Source: Candidatus Binatia bacterium (GTDB lineage: Bacteria; Desulfobacterota; Binatia; HRBIN30). Taken from it: a stretch of 64,000 nt of DNA. The position numbers and the translations under genes are program-made. This document shows positions 1 to 13,256 of the stretch, one piece after another; positions within the stretch are counted from its first letter, which is position 1; each line of letters starts with the position of its first letter. The DNA is taken from NCBI GenBank assembly GCA_038245295.1, contig JBBRSP010000008.1:1-64000 (forward strand), in the 5' to 3' direction. The notes under the pieces are model-generated. The model was given only the letters and a program-made list of their open reading frames with translations, had not been told where the DNA came from and searched no databases.

Positions 1-159
1 CACAACCATCCGAGCGGCGATCCGACGCCGAGCCGTGAGGACATCGAGATCACGCGTCGCCTGCGCGAAGTCGGCGAGGTCATGGGAGTTCGCGTCCTCG
101 ATCACATCGTCATCGGGCGCGGGCGTTACGTCAGTTTCGTGGACGACGGGTATTGGTGA
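1..159 (+). CDS. radC: RadC family JAB-domain protein, 3' end (truncated by window start)
   Basis: Frame-1 manual translation [39 protein letters not shown]...W*, the RadC HNHPSG..S..D / LDHIVIG signature; not in the ORF track. Confidence 0.92.
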   Translation, partial: HNHPSGDPTPSREDIEITRRLREVGEVMGVRVLDHIVIGRGRYVSFVDDGYW

Positions 160-184
160 TGCTGTGCCTCCGCGAGCACGTAGA

Positions 185-1018
185 TCACTGGTCGGCGAGG
201 AAGCCGCGAACCGCCGACACGAACGCCGTCGGATTGTCGCCCATCACCGAATGGCCGGCGCCGGGGACGACAACCAACTGGCTGCGCGGAATGGCCTGCT
301 GCATCTTGGCCGCGCCGTCATCCGAGAGAATATCACTCTCGCCGCCACGGATGATCAGGGTCGGGCAGTTGATGGCGCGCACGTCGTCCCAGAGGTTGGT
401 CAGGGCGGAGCTTTGGAAACCGCGGTTGGGAGACCGCAAATGCGGGTCGTACTTCCATGTCCAACGACCGTCGGTGAGCTGCTTGAGGTTGTGGTGCAAG
501 CGGCTGCGGATGTTGTCGAGAGAGCGCCGCGGGTTGAATTGATGCGCCCGCTCGACGAACGCCTCGAAGCTCGGCAGCACGTCTTCCATTTGAATGAAGT
601 GGCGGATGTTCTCGACACCCTTGGTTTGGATTTCCGGGCTGACGTCGACGACGACCAGGGCCTGGACCTTGGCGCCGTATTTGGCAGTGAAGGTGATCGA
701 GTTGATGCCACCCATCGACATGCCCATGAGAATGAAGCGCGACAGCCCGAGTGCATCGGTGATGGCGTCGATGTCGTCGGCTTGGGTCTGGCGGCTGTAG
801 TCGCCGTCCGGCGCCCACTGGCTGTCACCGTGGCCGCGCTGATCGAGGCAAAGAACGCGGTAGTCACGTGCCAGATCTTCGGCGACTTCGTCCCAGCTGT
901 GCGCCGTTTGGGTGATGCCATGCAGGCAGAGGATCGGCGTGGCGGCGGCGTTGCCCCGTTCGACGAGATGGAACTGCAGACCACGCGCTGTAAGGGTACG
1001 GTCCTGAGCGATCGACAT
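185..1018 (-). CDS. alpha/beta fold hydrolase
   Basis: LHG, DQRGHGDS, GMSMGG nucleophile elbow, C-terminal GAGH. Confidence 0.9.
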   Translation of the reverse strand: MSIAQDRTLTARGLQFHLVERGNAAATPILCLHGITQTAHSWDEVAEDLARDYRVLCLDQRGHGDSQWAPDGDYSRQTQADDIDAITDALGLSRFILMGMSMGGINSITFTAKYGAKVQALVVVDVSPEIQTKGVENIRHFIQMEDVLPSFEAFVERAHQFNPRRSLDNIRSRLHHNLKQLTDGRWTWKYDPHLRSPNRGFQSSALTNLWDDVRAINCPTLIIRGGESDILSDDGAAKMQQAIPRSQLVVVPGAGHSVMGDNPTAFVSAVRGFLADQ

Positions 1019-1068
1019 CGTTCCTCCTTCGGGTGGGGCCGGCGCGTGCCTAACACGGAGATCGTATC

Positions 1069-1983
1069 ATGGACAAGGAAGACGCGTTGCTTGCCTTGAT
1101 GCTTTCGGAGCTGCCGCAGGTGGGTCCCAGTGCGGCGGCACGAATCGTCGCGAAAAGCCGCGACCGTGGCCACGGGCTCGGGGCGTTCTTTCGCCTGCCT
1201 GCGGCGATTCTGCGCGACGACTTCGAGCTGCATGATGAGACAGTCGATCGAATCACTGCGACCGGGGCGGCGCATCTGCAACGCTGCCAATGGTTGCAGG
1301 CGCAGCTCGAAGGCGCCGGTGGCTGGGTCTGGGGTATCGCCGACGCCGAATATCCACGACGTCTGCGCGAACGCGTGGTGCCGCCGCCGGTCGTTGTCTT
1401 TGCCTGCGGCGCGGCGGCGGCGCTCGATCGGCCGACGTTGGCGGTGTTGCACTCGCGGACACTCACCGAACACACCGTGCAAGCGACCACGGCGATCGCC
1501 CAACAGGCGGCGGGTCAGGGCTTTGCCGTGGTAAGCGGCGGGATGAAGGCAACCTACCGGATCGCCTCGGTGGCGGCGCGAGCGGCGCAGGCGACCCGCG
1601 TTATCGTGCTCGACCGGGGCCTGTTCGCGACGCTGGGGGCGCAGTTCGATCGCGACGCCTTCGGCCTCGTAAACGGAAACAATCGACTCGATCTCGAACA
1701 TAGCTTGATCCTGTCGCCGTTCCGTCTGATGGATCACGCCGCGGCACATAATGGCCTGCGGCGCGACGAGGTCGTGGCCGGGCTGGCCGATGTTGTCGTC
1801 GCCGTGCACGCGCGCCCGGGCGGGCAGATCGAACGCGTGTGCTTGGCGGCACTCGATCGCGGCCAGAGCGTGCTGTCATGGTACGGTGAGAACGCCGGCC
1901 TGGTGGCGGCCGGAGCGGCGGCTGTGCAAGACGCTGATCTGCGGAACCTGGCGCGCTTTCTGCCCCTCGACGCGCGGCACTAG
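1069..1983 (+). CDS. dprA: DNA-processing protein DprA/SMF, divergent
   Basis: N-terminal PQVGP helix-hairpin, [27 protein letters not shown] resemble the DprA core; several motifs are degenerate. Confidence 0.7.
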   Translation: MDKEDALLALMLSELPQVGPSAAARIVAKSRDRGHGLGAFFRLPAAILRDDFELHDETVDRITATGAAHLQRCQWLQAQLEGAGGWVWGIADAEYPRRLRERVVPPPVVVFACGAAAALDRPTLAVLHSRTLTEHTVQATTAIAQQAAGQGFAVVSGGMKATYRIASVAARAAQATRVIVLDRGLFATLGAQFDRDAFGLVNGNNRLDLEHSLILSPFRLMDHAAAHNGLRRDEVVAGLADVVVAVHARPGGQIERVCLAALDRGQSVLSWYGENAGLVAAGAAAVQDADLRNLARFLPLDARH

Positions 1984-2033
1984 AGGGCGGCGTGGTTGAC
2001 CTACCGGGGAGCCTCTTTTATGCGGAATCTCCA

Positions 2034-3362
2034 ATGAGTCGAGCAGTCACGATGGAGAAGGTGGTGAACCTCGCCAAGCGCCGCGGGTTTGCCTTTCAAT
2101 CAAGCGAGATTTACGGCGGGTTGGCCAGCTGTTGGGACTACGGTCCGATCGGCGTCGAGCTCAAGCGTAACGTCAAGAACGCCTGGTGGCGCGAGATGGT
2201 GCTCAAACGCAACGACATCGTCGGCATCGACTGTGCGATCCTGATGCACCCGCGTGTTTGGGAAGCGTCAGGACACATCGCCGGATTCAGCGACCCGATG
2301 GTCGACTGCAAGAAGTGCAAGGGCCGTTTCCGGGCCGACAAGCTGGAAGATGCCCGCTGCCCGGAGCGACCGTCGAAGATGCCGGGACAATGCGGCGGCG
2401 AGCTCACCGAAGCCCGGCAGTTCAATCTGATGTTCAAGACGTTCATGGGGCCGGTCGAGGACACCGCGAACGTCGTGTTCATGCGACCGGAAACGGCGCA
2501 GGGAATCTTCGTCAACTTTCAGAACGTGTTGAACTCGTCACGCCAGAAGCTGCCGTTCGGCATCGCGCAGATCGGCAAGTCGTTTCGCAACGAGATCACG
2601 CCCGGAAATTTCCTGTTTCGCACGCGCGAGTTCGAGCAGATGGAGATGGAGTTCTTTTGTCGCCCGGGCGAGGATGACAAATGGTACGACTATTGGCGCA
2701 GCGAACGGCTTGAATGGTACAAACGGCACGGCATTCGCAGCGAGAACCTGCGCTTGCGTGAGCATGAAAAAGACGAGTTGGCCCACTACGCCAAGGCTTG
2801 CGTCGACGTCGAGTATCAGTTCCCGTTTGGTTGGTCGGAGCTCGAAGGAGTCGCCAACCGCACCGACTTCGATTTGAAGCGCCATGCCGAGTACAGCGGC
2901 AAGGATCTCTCCTACTATAATGAAGAGACGAAGGAGCACATCGTCCCCTACGTCATCGAGCCGGCGGCTGGTGCGGATCGTGCGACATTGGCATTCCTGG
3001 TCGACGCCTATGATGAAGACGAGGCCGAAGGCGAAACTCGTGCGGTGCTGCGATTCCACCCGCGTATCGCGCCGGTAAAAGCGGCGATCTTTCCGCTCTT
3101 GCGCAAGGATGGTCAACCGGAGAAGGCCATGCACATCGTCGACATCCTGCGCGAGTTCTTTCCCGTCCAGTATGACCAGGCGGGTTCGATCGGCCGGCGC
3201 TATCGTCGCCAGGATGAGATCGGCACCCCCTATGGCGTAACGGTGGATCACGAGACGATGAAGGACGATACGGTCACGTTGCGCGACCGCGACACGATGC
3301 AACAAGAACGGATGCCCATTGATCGACTCGTCGACGAGTTGCGGAAACGGGTGGGAGCATGA
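2034..3362 (+). CDS. glyQS: glycine--tRNA ligase, alpha2 type
   Basis: [55 protein letters not shown]; start set at ATG 2034. Confidence 0.97.
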   Translation: MSRAVTMEKVVNLAKRRGFAFQSSEIYGGLASCWDYGPIGVELKRNVKNAWWREMVLKRNDIVGIDCAILMHPRVWEASGHIAGFSDPMVDCKKCKGRFRADKLEDARCPERPSKMPGQCGGELTEARQFNLMFKTFMGPVEDTANVVFMRPETAQGIFVNFQNVLNSSRQKLPFGIAQIGKSFRNEITPGNFLFRTREFEQMEMEFFCRPGEDDKWYDYWRSERLEWYKRHGIRSENLRLREHEKDELAHYAKACVDVEYQFPFGWSELEGVANRTDFDLKRHAEYSGKDLSYYNEETKEHIVPYVIEPAAGADRATLAFLVDAYDEDEAEGETRAVLRFHPRIAPVKAAIFPLLRKDGQPEKAMHIVDILREFFPVQYDQAGSIGRRYRRQDEIGTPYGVTVDHETMKDDTVTLRDRDTMQQERMPIDRLVDELRKRVGA

Positions 3363-6241
3363 CGAAACGCGCCCCGGCGGCAAAGACAAAGACGAAGACA
3401 GCGGCACGAGTTTCGAAGGCCGCCAAGACTCGCAGCAAGCCGCCGGTCACGACGGCAGGTCGTCACAAGGCGACGAAGGCAAGTGCCAAAGTCGCGGCAG
3501 CGCGACCAAGCAAGCGTGCCAAGTATGTCTATTCGTTTGGCGGTGGGCGCGCCGAAGGCAACGCCACCATGAAGTCGCTGCTGGGAGGGAAGGGCGCCAA
3601 CCTGGCCGAGATGGCGGGTCTGGGCCTCCCCGTGCCCCCGGGATTTACGGTCAGCACGGACGTCTGTACCTATTACTACGCCAACGGCCGCCGCTACCCC
3701 AATGTGTTGCGCGATGAAGTGGCGCGCCATCTGGCGCTGGTCGAGCGTGTCGCGGGGCGCAAGTTCGGCGACCCGGCAAATCCGCTTCTGGTCTCGGTTC
3801 GTTCCGGGGCGCGCGCGTCGATGCCCGGTATGATGGATACGGTCCTCAACCTCGGTCTCAATGATCGCACCGTCGAAGGCTTGATTCGGCTAACGGGAAA
3901 CCCGCGGTTTGCCTACGACGCCTACCGCCGATTCGTCGCGATGTATGGCGATGTGGTGATGGGCCTCAAGCCGGAGTCGAAGACTGAGGCCGATCCTTTC
4001 GAGCACCTCCTCGAGCAGAAAAAACACGCCCGTGGGGTGAGTCTCGACACCGAGTTGAGCGCGGATGACCTGCGCGAGTTGGTTGGTGAATTCAAGGCGG
4101 TAATTCGGGAACGAATGGGCCAGGAGTTTCCGGAAGACCCGAACGAACAACTCTGGGGAGCCGTAGGTGCCGTGTTCGGCTCGTGGATGAACGACCGCGC
4201 CATTGTTTATCGTCGTCTCAACACCATCCCGGAGAGCTGGGGCACCGCCGTGAATGTCCAGTCGATGGTGTTCGGCAATATGGGCGGCGACTGTGGTACC
4301 GGTGTTGCCTTCACGCGCGATCCTGCGACGGGCGAGAATGTCTTCTACGGCGAGTTCTTGATGAATGCGCAGGGGGAAGATGTCGTTGCCGGGACCCGTA
4401 CGCCCCTGAAGTTGTCGGCGCTCGAGGCGGAGAACTCCGCCGTCTACGGCCAGCTTGTGAAGTTCCGCCGGGCGTTGGAGCGGCATTACCGCGACATGAT
4501 GGACATCGAGTTCACCATCGAGCAGGGCCGTCTCTATATGCTGCAATGCCGCGTCGGCAAACGTACCGGGCCGGCGGCGATCCGTATTGCCATCGAGATG
4601 GTGAAGGAACGTTTGATCACGCCGCGTGAAGCCTTGTTGCGAGTGGAACCCGAGCAACTCAATCAGCTCTTGCGCCCGACGTTTGTGCAGAGTGAGAAGG
4701 AGGCGGCGGAGCAAGCGAATCGCCTCGTAACCAAGGGTTTGAATGCCGGCCCCGGCGCGGCGACCGGTCGGATTGTTTTCCATGCCGACGATGCGGAGGC
4801 CGCCCAGGCGCGCGGCGAACATGTCATCCTTGTGCGCATCGAAACGTCACCCGAGGATATCCGGGGTATGGCGGCCGCCGAGGGAATTCTGACGGCGCGC
4901 GGTGGCATGACGAGCCACGCGGCTCTGGTGGCGCGGCAAATGGGCAAGGTCTGCGTCGCCGGCTGTGATGCTCTGTCGATCGACTACACAACGGGCGAGA
5001 TTGGGGTCGCCGGTCGCGACGTGCAGCTGCGAGTCGGCGATCATATTTCGATTGATGGCACGACCGGTCAGGTTTTCCTCGGCCATATCCCAACCGAGCC
5101 GAGTGAGATTGTCCGTGTCCTGGTGGACAAGACTCTCAACGCCGCGAACGCCCCCGTGTACCAGCAGTATGCGCAACTGATGCAGTGGGCCGATCGCGAG
5201 CGGCGTCTGGACGTGCGCGCCAATGCCGATCAACCCGACCAGTGTGCCAATGCCGTGGCGTTTGGCGCGGAAGGAATTGGCTTGTGTCGCACCGAGCACA
5301 TGTTCTTCGGGGAAGGCAAGATTGGGCCGATGCGCGAGATGATCCTGGCGGAGACCCTCGAAGAGCGCCGTCACGCGCTCGGCCTCTTGTTGCCGCTGCA
5401 GCGCGCTGATTTCGAGGGTATCTTTCGGGTCATGCGCGGCAACCCGGTGACGATCCGCATGATCGATCCGCCACTGCATGAATTCCTGCCGCACGATGCG
5501 GAGGGGCAGGGCGATCTCGCGGCGCAGATGAACATTCCGGTTGAGCAGGTGCATGCGCGTGTCGAAGCGCTGTTCGAGTTCAACCCGATGCTCGGCTTTC
5601 GCGGGTGCCGTCTTGGGATGGTGTACCCCGAAATTACCGAAATGCAGGCGCGGGCCATCTTTGAAGCGGCGGCGAATGTCATCCAGTCTGGGATTCCAGC
5701 CGCACCGGAGGTCATGATCCCCCTGGTCGGCCACGTGAAGGAGTTGGAAGCTCAGGCGGCGATTGTGCGACGCGTCGCGAGCGAGGTCATGGAGGCCACG
5801 AATCTACGCTTCAAGTACACCGTCGGAACGATGATCGAGGTCCCTCGTGGAGCCTGGACGGCGGCGGAGATTGCTCGCGTCGCCGAATTTTTCTCCTTCG
5901 GAACCAACGACTTGACTCAGATGACCTTGGGCATGTCGCGCGACGACTCGGGGCGGTTCCTCCGTCGCTACGTCGAGAAATTCGAGATTTATCCAAAGGA
6001 CCCGTTTGAGTCGATCGACATCGACGGCGTCGGCGGCCTGATGCGCTGGGCGGTCGATCACGGTCGCGCGACGCGCCCGAAGCTCAAGGTCGGCATTTGC
6101 GGCGAGCACGGTGGCGATCCCGACTCGGTGCGCTTTTGCCATTCGATCGGATTGGACTACGTTTCGTGCTCACCATTCCGGGTTCCCTTGGCGCGGTTGG
6201 CCGCAGCGCATGCCGCGCTCGAGGGGGTTCGCAAAAACTGA
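3359..6241 (+). CDS. ppdK: pyruvate, phosphate dikinase with basic N-terminal extension
   Basis: [35 protein letters not shown] phospho-His motif, [12 protein letters not shown] overlap with glyQS. Confidence 0.97.
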   Translation: MTKRAPAAKTKTKTAARVSKAAKTRSKPPVTTAGRHKATKASAKVAAARPSKRAKYVYSFGGGRAEGNATMKSLLGGKGANLAEMAGLGLPVPPGFTVSTDVCTYYYANGRRYPNVLRDEVARHLALVERVAGRKFGDPANPLLVSVRSGARASMPGMMDTVLNLGLNDRTVEGLIRLTGNPRFAYDAYRRFVAMYGDVVMGLKPESKTEADPFEHLLEQKKHARGVSLDTELSADDLRELVGEFKAVIRERMGQEFPEDPNEQLWGAVGAVFGSWMNDRAIVYRRLNTIPESWGTAVNVQSMVFGNMGGDCGTGVAFTRDPATGENVFYGEFLMNAQGEDVVAGTRTPLKLSALEAENSAVYGQLVKFRRALERHYRDMMDIEFTIEQGRLYMLQCRVGKRTGPAAIRIAIEMVKERLITPREALLRVEPEQLNQLLRPTFVQSEKEAAEQANRLVTKGLNAGPGAATGRIVFHADDAEAAQARGEHVILVRIETSPEDIRGMAAAEGILTARGGMTSHAALVARQMGKVCVAGCDALSIDYTTGEIGVAGRDVQLRVGDHISIDGTTGQVFLGHIPTEPSEIVRVLVDKTLNAANAPVYQQYAQLMQWADRERRLDVRANADQPDQCANAVAFGAEGIGLCRTEHMFFGEGKIGPMREMILAETLEERRHALGLLLPLQRADFEGIFRVMRGNPVTIRMIDPPLHEFLPHDAEGQGDLAAQMNIPVEQVHARVEALFEFNPMLGFRGCRLGMVYPEITEMQARAIFEAAANVIQSGIPAAPEVMIPLVGHVKELEAQAAIVRRVASEVMEATNLRFKYTVGTMIEVPRGAWTAAEIARVAEFFSFGTNDLTQMTLGMSRDDSGRFLRRYVEKFEIYPKDPFESIDIDGVGGLMRWAVDHGRATRPKLKVGICGEHGGDPDSVRFCHSIGLDYVSCSPFRVPLARLAAAHAALEGVRKN

Positions 6242-6524
6242 CACGATTGTCCGCTGCCGGGTCGGCTACTGACAGCGTCGCTGCCATCTGGGTGAGTCCG
6301 CGTGCTGCCGTCGGGGTGAATCGGGCCTGATTTCAGGCTCAAATGATAGAGAATTCGATTCGTGGTAGGCGCAGCCGATCGGCCGCGCCGTGGCGAGGGG
6401 GCAGACGCGCCGGTTCGACGACTCGGCAAAAAAAAGGTCGGGGCCCGATAGGGATTAGCGGTCGAGTAACGCATTGACGGTGCCATGCGGCTTGGCGCAA
6501 GATGTGCACTCTGGAGTATCGCCT

Positions 6525-8222
6525 ATGAGTACGCGTTTGGGGGAATTGCTGGTGCGTCGCGGGATGATCTCTCCGGCGCAACTAACCAAGGCACAGGAGG
6601 AAGCCGGGACAACCGCAGCCCTCAGTCTGTCGGTGGTCAAACTAGGCCTGGTGAACGAGGCCGATCTCGCGGCTTGCTTGCAGAAAGAATACCACCTGTC
6701 GTTGGTCGACCCTTCGGCGATGAATATCAGCGCTGACGTGATCAAGCTGATCCCCATGCAGATCGTCCAACGCCATCATCTTGTTCCGATCAATTTCACC
6801 GGGACCTCGTTGGCGGTGGCGATGTCGGATCCGTCCAACCTCGCGGCGATCAACGAGGTGAAGTTCCTCACCGGCTACGACGTGAAGGTCGCGGCGGCCT
6901 GCGTGTCGTCGATCTCGCAAGCGATCGAACAGTTTTACGAGGGAGCGGGCGGCGCCAACGTCAATGCGGTTTTGGATGAGTTTGGCGATGGCGATGTTGC
7001 GGTGGCCGAGAACGAGGCAGAGATCGATCTGCGCGAGTTGGAGCGCGCCACGGAAGACGCTCCGGTCGTCAAGTTGGTCAATGCGATCCTGACTAGCGCC
7101 ATTAAACGGCGAGCCAGCGATATTCACCTGGAGCCGTTTGAGAAGATGTTCCGTGTTCGGTTCCGTATCGACGGCGTTCTCGAAGAGATCATGCGCCCGC
7201 CGATCAAGTTGAAGAATGCCATCACGTCGCGAGTTAAAGTGATGGCACAACTGGACATTGCCGAGCGTCGCCTGCCGCAGGACGGTCGCATCAAACTCCG
7301 ACTGGATCGTAACCAGGAGATGGATTTCCGCGTCTCCTGTCTGCCAACGATCTTCGGTGAGAAACTCGTGTTGCGACTCCTGGACAAGTCGAACCTGCAG
7401 CTCGATATGACGAAGCTCGGATTCGAAGAAGCGCAACTGAAGGACTTCAAAGACTCGATCCATAAACCGTTCGGCATGGTTCTCGTGACCGGCCCGACCG
7501 GCAGCGGCAAGACAACGACCCTGTACTCGGCGTTGGCCGACCTGAACAAGATTGATTCCAATATTTCGACCGCCGAGGATCCGGTGGAGTTCAACCTGCC
7601 GGGCATCAACCAGGTCCAGGTGCACGAAGAGATCGGCCTCAATTTTGCCAATACACTGCGGTCTTTCCTGCGTCAGGATCCGGACATCATCATGGTCGGT
7701 GAGGTGCGCGACTTTGAGACGGCTGAAATCGCCATCAAGGCGGCGCTGACGGGCCACCTTGTGTTGAGCACGCTGCACACCAATGATGCGCCGTCGACGA
7801 TCAATCGTCTCCTCAACATGGGTGTCGAGCCATTTCTCGTGGCGTCTTCGGTGAACATGATCATGGCCCAGCGTCTCGCGCGTGTGGTGTGTGTCAATTG
7901 TCGCGAGCCTGTGGAGGTTCCCCATGCGCTCCTCGTGGAGTTGGGCATCCCGCGGGATCAGGTTGGTGCGTTCACGTGTTTTCACGGCGTTGGCTGTCCG
8001 CATTGCAACAACTCCGGCTACAAGGGCCGGGTGGCGCTCTACGAAGCTTTCGTCATCAGCGAGGAGATCCGCGAGCTGGTTCTGAACGGCGCCTCCGCCA
8101 GTGAACTGAAGCGGACCGCCATCGGCTTGGGCATGAAGACTCTACGTCAGAGCGGCCTGTCGAAACTGCGCGAGGGTGTAACGACGGTGAGCGAGATTGT
8201 CCGTGTAACGATGGCCGATTGA
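6525..8222 (+). CDS. pilB: type IV pilus assembly ATPase PilB
   Basis: N-terminal RLGELLV, ASDIH, ERRLPQDGR, GPTGSGKTT, LRQDPD, tetracysteine motif; ATG 6525 preceded by GGAG. Confidence 0.96.
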   Translation: MSTRLGELLVRRGMISPAQLTKAQEEAGTTAALSLSVVKLGLVNEADLAACLQKEYHLSLVDPSAMNISADVIKLIPMQIVQRHHLVPINFTGTSLAVAMSDPSNLAAINEVKFLTGYDVKVAAACVSSISQAIEQFYEGAGGANVNAVLDEFGDGDVAVAENEAEIDLRELERATEDAPVVKLVNAILTSAIKRRASDIHLEPFEKMFRVRFRIDGVLEEIMRPPIKLKNAITSRVKVMAQLDIAERRLPQDGRIKLRLDRNQEMDFRVSCLPTIFGEKLVLRLLDKSNLQLDMTKLGFEEAQLKDFKDSIHKPFGMVLVTGPTGSGKTTTLYSALADLNKIDSNISTAEDPVEFNLPGINQVQVHEEIGLNFANTLRSFLRQDPDIIMVGEVRDFETAEIAIKAALTGHLVLSTLHTNDAPSTINRLLNMGVEPFLVASSVNMIMAQRLARVVCVNCREPVEVPHALLVELGIPRDQVGAFTCFHGVGCPHCNNSGYKGRVALYEAFVISEEIRELVLNGASASELKRTAIGLGMKTLRQSGLSKLREGVTTVSEIVRVTMAD

Positions 8223-8235
8223 TCGAGGTGAGCGG

Positions 8236-9369
8236 ATGGCTGGTCCGATTGAATCTTCCAAGGCGAACGCTGGGTCGAGCGTCGCGCCGCTGAGCATTCA
8301 GGGCTTCTTGGAGCTGGTCGTCGAGAATGGGGCTACTGATTTGCACATCTCGGCTGAAAGTCCGCCGATGATGCGCGTCGACGGTGTCCTCAAGCCTCTG
8401 CCGTTTCCGCCGCTCACCGCCAACGAGACGCGCACCTTGTGCTATAGCTTGCTCACCGACAGCCAGCGGCACCGCTTCGAGGAACAGGCGGAGCTCGACT
8501 TTTCGTTTGGCATCCGCAAACTGAGTCGTTTCCGAGGCAACTTATTCTATCAAAAAGGCAATGTCGGGGGCGCCTTCCGTATGATTCCGTACGAGGTGCG
8601 CGGCTTGGCGGAGTTAGGACTACCTCCCGTCGTCGGCGAATTGGCCAAACTGCCGCGTGGTCTCGTTCTGGTTACCGGACCGACCGGGAGCGGCAAGTCG
8701 ACCTCGCTGGCGTCGATGATCGACAAGATCAATCGCGAACGGCGCGAACACATCGTGACCGTAGAAGATCCGATCGAGTTCGTTCACCAGCATCGCGGTT
8801 GCGTTGTGAATCAGCGGGAGGTTTTTGCCGACACCCATGGTTTTGCCGAGGCGTTACGGCATGTGTTGCGGCAGGATCCCGATGTTGTGCTGGTCGGTGA
8901 GATGCGTGATCTGGAGACCGTCTCTTCGGCGTTGACCGTGGCGGAGACCGGCCACCTTGTGTTCTCGACGCTGCACACCAACTCGGCGGTGCAAACGATC
9001 AACCGGATCATTGATATCTTTCCGGCCAATCAACAACCGCAGGTGCGAGCCCAGCTGTCGCTTGTCTTGCAAGGGGTCATCTCGCAGCAGCTGATTCCGC
9101 GCTCCGATGGACGCGGCCGCGTCCTGGCGGTGGAAGTGATGATTCCCAACACGGCAATCCGCAACCTCATCCGCGAGGAAAAGATTCACCAGATCTACTC
9201 GCAGCTGCAGGTGGGTCAACTGAAGTTCGGCATGCAGACGATGACCCAGTCGCTTGTCGATCTCTATCAGCGGCGGCTGATTTCCTACGATGAAGCCATC
9301 GGCCATGCCACGGAATTGAATGAGCTGCGCAGCATGCTGGGCGGGCCGCCCGGTGCGGTGGCTCGGTAG
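8236..9369 (+). CDS. pilT: type IV pilus retraction ATPase PilT
   Basis: GPTGSGKST, LRQDPDVVLVGEMRD, AIRNLIRE, GMQT. Confidence 0.96.
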   Translation: MAGPIESSKANAGSSVAPLSIQGFLELVVENGATDLHISAESPPMMRVDGVLKPLPFPPLTANETRTLCYSLLTDSQRHRFEEQAELDFSFGIRKLSRFRGNLFYQKGNVGGAFRMIPYEVRGLAELGLPPVVGELAKLPRGLVLVTGPTGSGKSTSLASMIDKINRERREHIVTVEDPIEFVHQHRGCVVNQREVFADTHGFAEALRHVLRQDPDVVLVGEMRDLETVSSALTVAETGHLVFSTLHTNSAVQTINRIIDIFPANQQPQVRAQLSLVLQGVISQQLIPRSDGRGRVLAVEVMIPNTAIRNLIREEKIHQIYSQLQVGQLKFGMQTMTQSLVDLYQRRLISYDEAIGHATELNELRSMLGGPPGAVAR

Positions 9370-9392
9370 GATAGGAAAGGGAGACGAACGCG

Positions 9393-10609
9393 ATGGCGAT
9401 TTTTCGCTGGCAAGGAATTTCTCCGCGTGGGGAGGTGCTGTCGGGTGAGATGGAGGCACCAACGCGCGACGCCGTCTTGGTCCGTTTGCGTTCGCAACGG
9501 ATCCAGCCGATTCCAGACCGCATCAAGGAACGCGGCAAGGGGTTGGATCGTGAGCTTACCATTCCGGGCTTCAGCGATTCGATCCGACCGCGTGACATCG
9601 TTGTCTTCACACGCCAGTTGGCGACGATGATCGACGCTGGCTTGCCGATCGTCCAGTGTCTTGACGTTCTTGCCCTCCAGTCGCCAAACAAACAGCTGCG
9701 GAACGTCGTGCGTGGTCTCAAAGATCAGGTAGAATCCGGAAGTACGTTCACCGACGCGTTGCGCAAGCATCCGAAGCAGTTCGACGAGTTGTTTACCAAC
9801 ATGGTCGCGGCGGGCGAGGTCGGCGGTATTTTGGATACAATCTTGAATCGCCTCGCCACGTATATGGAAAAGGCGATGAAGCTGAAGGCGAAGATCCGCG
9901 GTGCGATGATCTACCCCGGGGTGGTCGTCAGCGTCGCCATCGTCGTGACCGCCATTCTGCTCATCTTTGTGATCCCGGTCTTTGCCGAGTTGTTCGAGGG
10001 TGCTGGCAAACATCTTCCGCTGCCGACGCAAATCGTGATGAACCTGAGCACTCTGACGATCAACTATTTCCCGTATCTGATTGTTTTGGCCGTCGCATTC
10101 GGCTTCGCGATCCGCCAGATCTACAAAACAGAGAACGGCCAATTGGCAATCGACAAGATGCTGTTGGCCTCGCCGGTGTTTGGCGATCTCATTCGTAAGG
10201 CCTCGGTGGCACGATTCACGCGCACCTTGAGCACTTTGGTTTCCTCCGGTGTGCCGATCCTCGACGCCTTGGCAATCACGGCGCGAACCTCCGGCAACAA
10301 GGTCGTCGAACGGGCGATCTTGTCGACCCGCGTAAGCATCAGCGAAGGCCGCACGATCTCCGAACCGCTTGCGGAGAGCAAGGTCTTTCCGCCCATGGTC
10401 TGCACGATGATCTCGGTTGGTGAGTCAACCGGCGCGCTGGATTCGATGCTGAACAAAGTTGCCGAGTTTTACGAAGAGGAAGTCGACAACGCAGTCGCCA
10501 ACCTCACCAGCCTACTCGAGCCGTTCATTATCGTTTTCCTGGGTACCGTAATCGGTGGGCTCGTCGTTGCGATGTATATGCCGATCTTCCAACTAGGAGA
10601 GGCTATCCA

Positions 10610-10613
<4 letters not shown>
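9393..10613 (+). CDS. pilC: type IV pilus platform protein PilC
   Basis: FTRQLATMIDAGLP, GEVGGIL, two T2SSF repeats, MYMPIF C-terminus. Confidence 0.96.
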
Positions 10614-12730
<2,117 letters not shown>

Positions 12731-13109
12731 GCCAGCCTTAACCCCGCTTCGGCTTTGCACATTAGATCGACGATGAAGATGGGCTCAGCTGCCCACAAGC
12801 AAAAGCCTTCGCTTCCCATCCCCGGCTCCCGTCGGCTGCGAATGAGCCAGCCTCGTTCCTGCGTCGTATCGGCCGTCGCGCCCGGTCGGCGATCCTCCGC
12901 CGGGCCATTCCAGTTCGACAACGCGGGTTTCCCCCACCTCTTCCGTCGCCAAAAGCCACCCGAAAGGACGGACCCCTCTGCCTATGACGGACGCATTCTG
13001 TCCATAGGCGTCGAAAAACTGCCGAATTGTGGGGGGCGATTTGGCGGTGACGTCCGTCGATCGCAAATTGTCGCTCTGCATCTAATGAAGAGCGATTGTT
13101 GGTAGTGCC

Positions 13110-13125
13110 TGGCACGCACGTTGCT
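13110..13125 (+). promoter_or_regulatory. sigma54 (-24/-12) promoter of pilA
   Basis: TGGCACGCACGTTGCT matches TGGCAC-N5-TTGC, about 130 nt upstream of the pilA ATG. Confidence 0.88.
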
Positions 13126-13256
13126 CTAGGAGAATAAGCAACGTGACGGCAAATTGAAACTGATCAACAGACCTCGGCACAGGGTTGAAGAGCCAGTTTC
13201 TGGAACACCGCCACAAAACAAAACCGATTTCAAACTTTGAAAGGGAGGATAGGGAA

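Noticed and set aside
35..1809. Long overlapping ORFs 35-1099 (+) and 400-1809 (-)
   Set aside because: Antisense or off-frame shadows of the hydrolase and dprA with no motifs; typical of high-GC DNA. The same applies to other long shadows such as 6642-8003, 29446-30639, 39569-40846 and 46991-48148.
12755..13115. Small ORFs in the activator-pilA intergenic region
   Set aside because: No RBS or recognisable domain, and they overlap the enhancer/promoter region; not a displaced kinase or receiver fragment as far as I can see.
13145..13215. Canonical c-di-GMP-I or -II riboswitch
   Set aside because: No GNRA/receptor GEMM architecture and no GTGC pseudoknot partner downstream; kept only as an unclassified hairpin.
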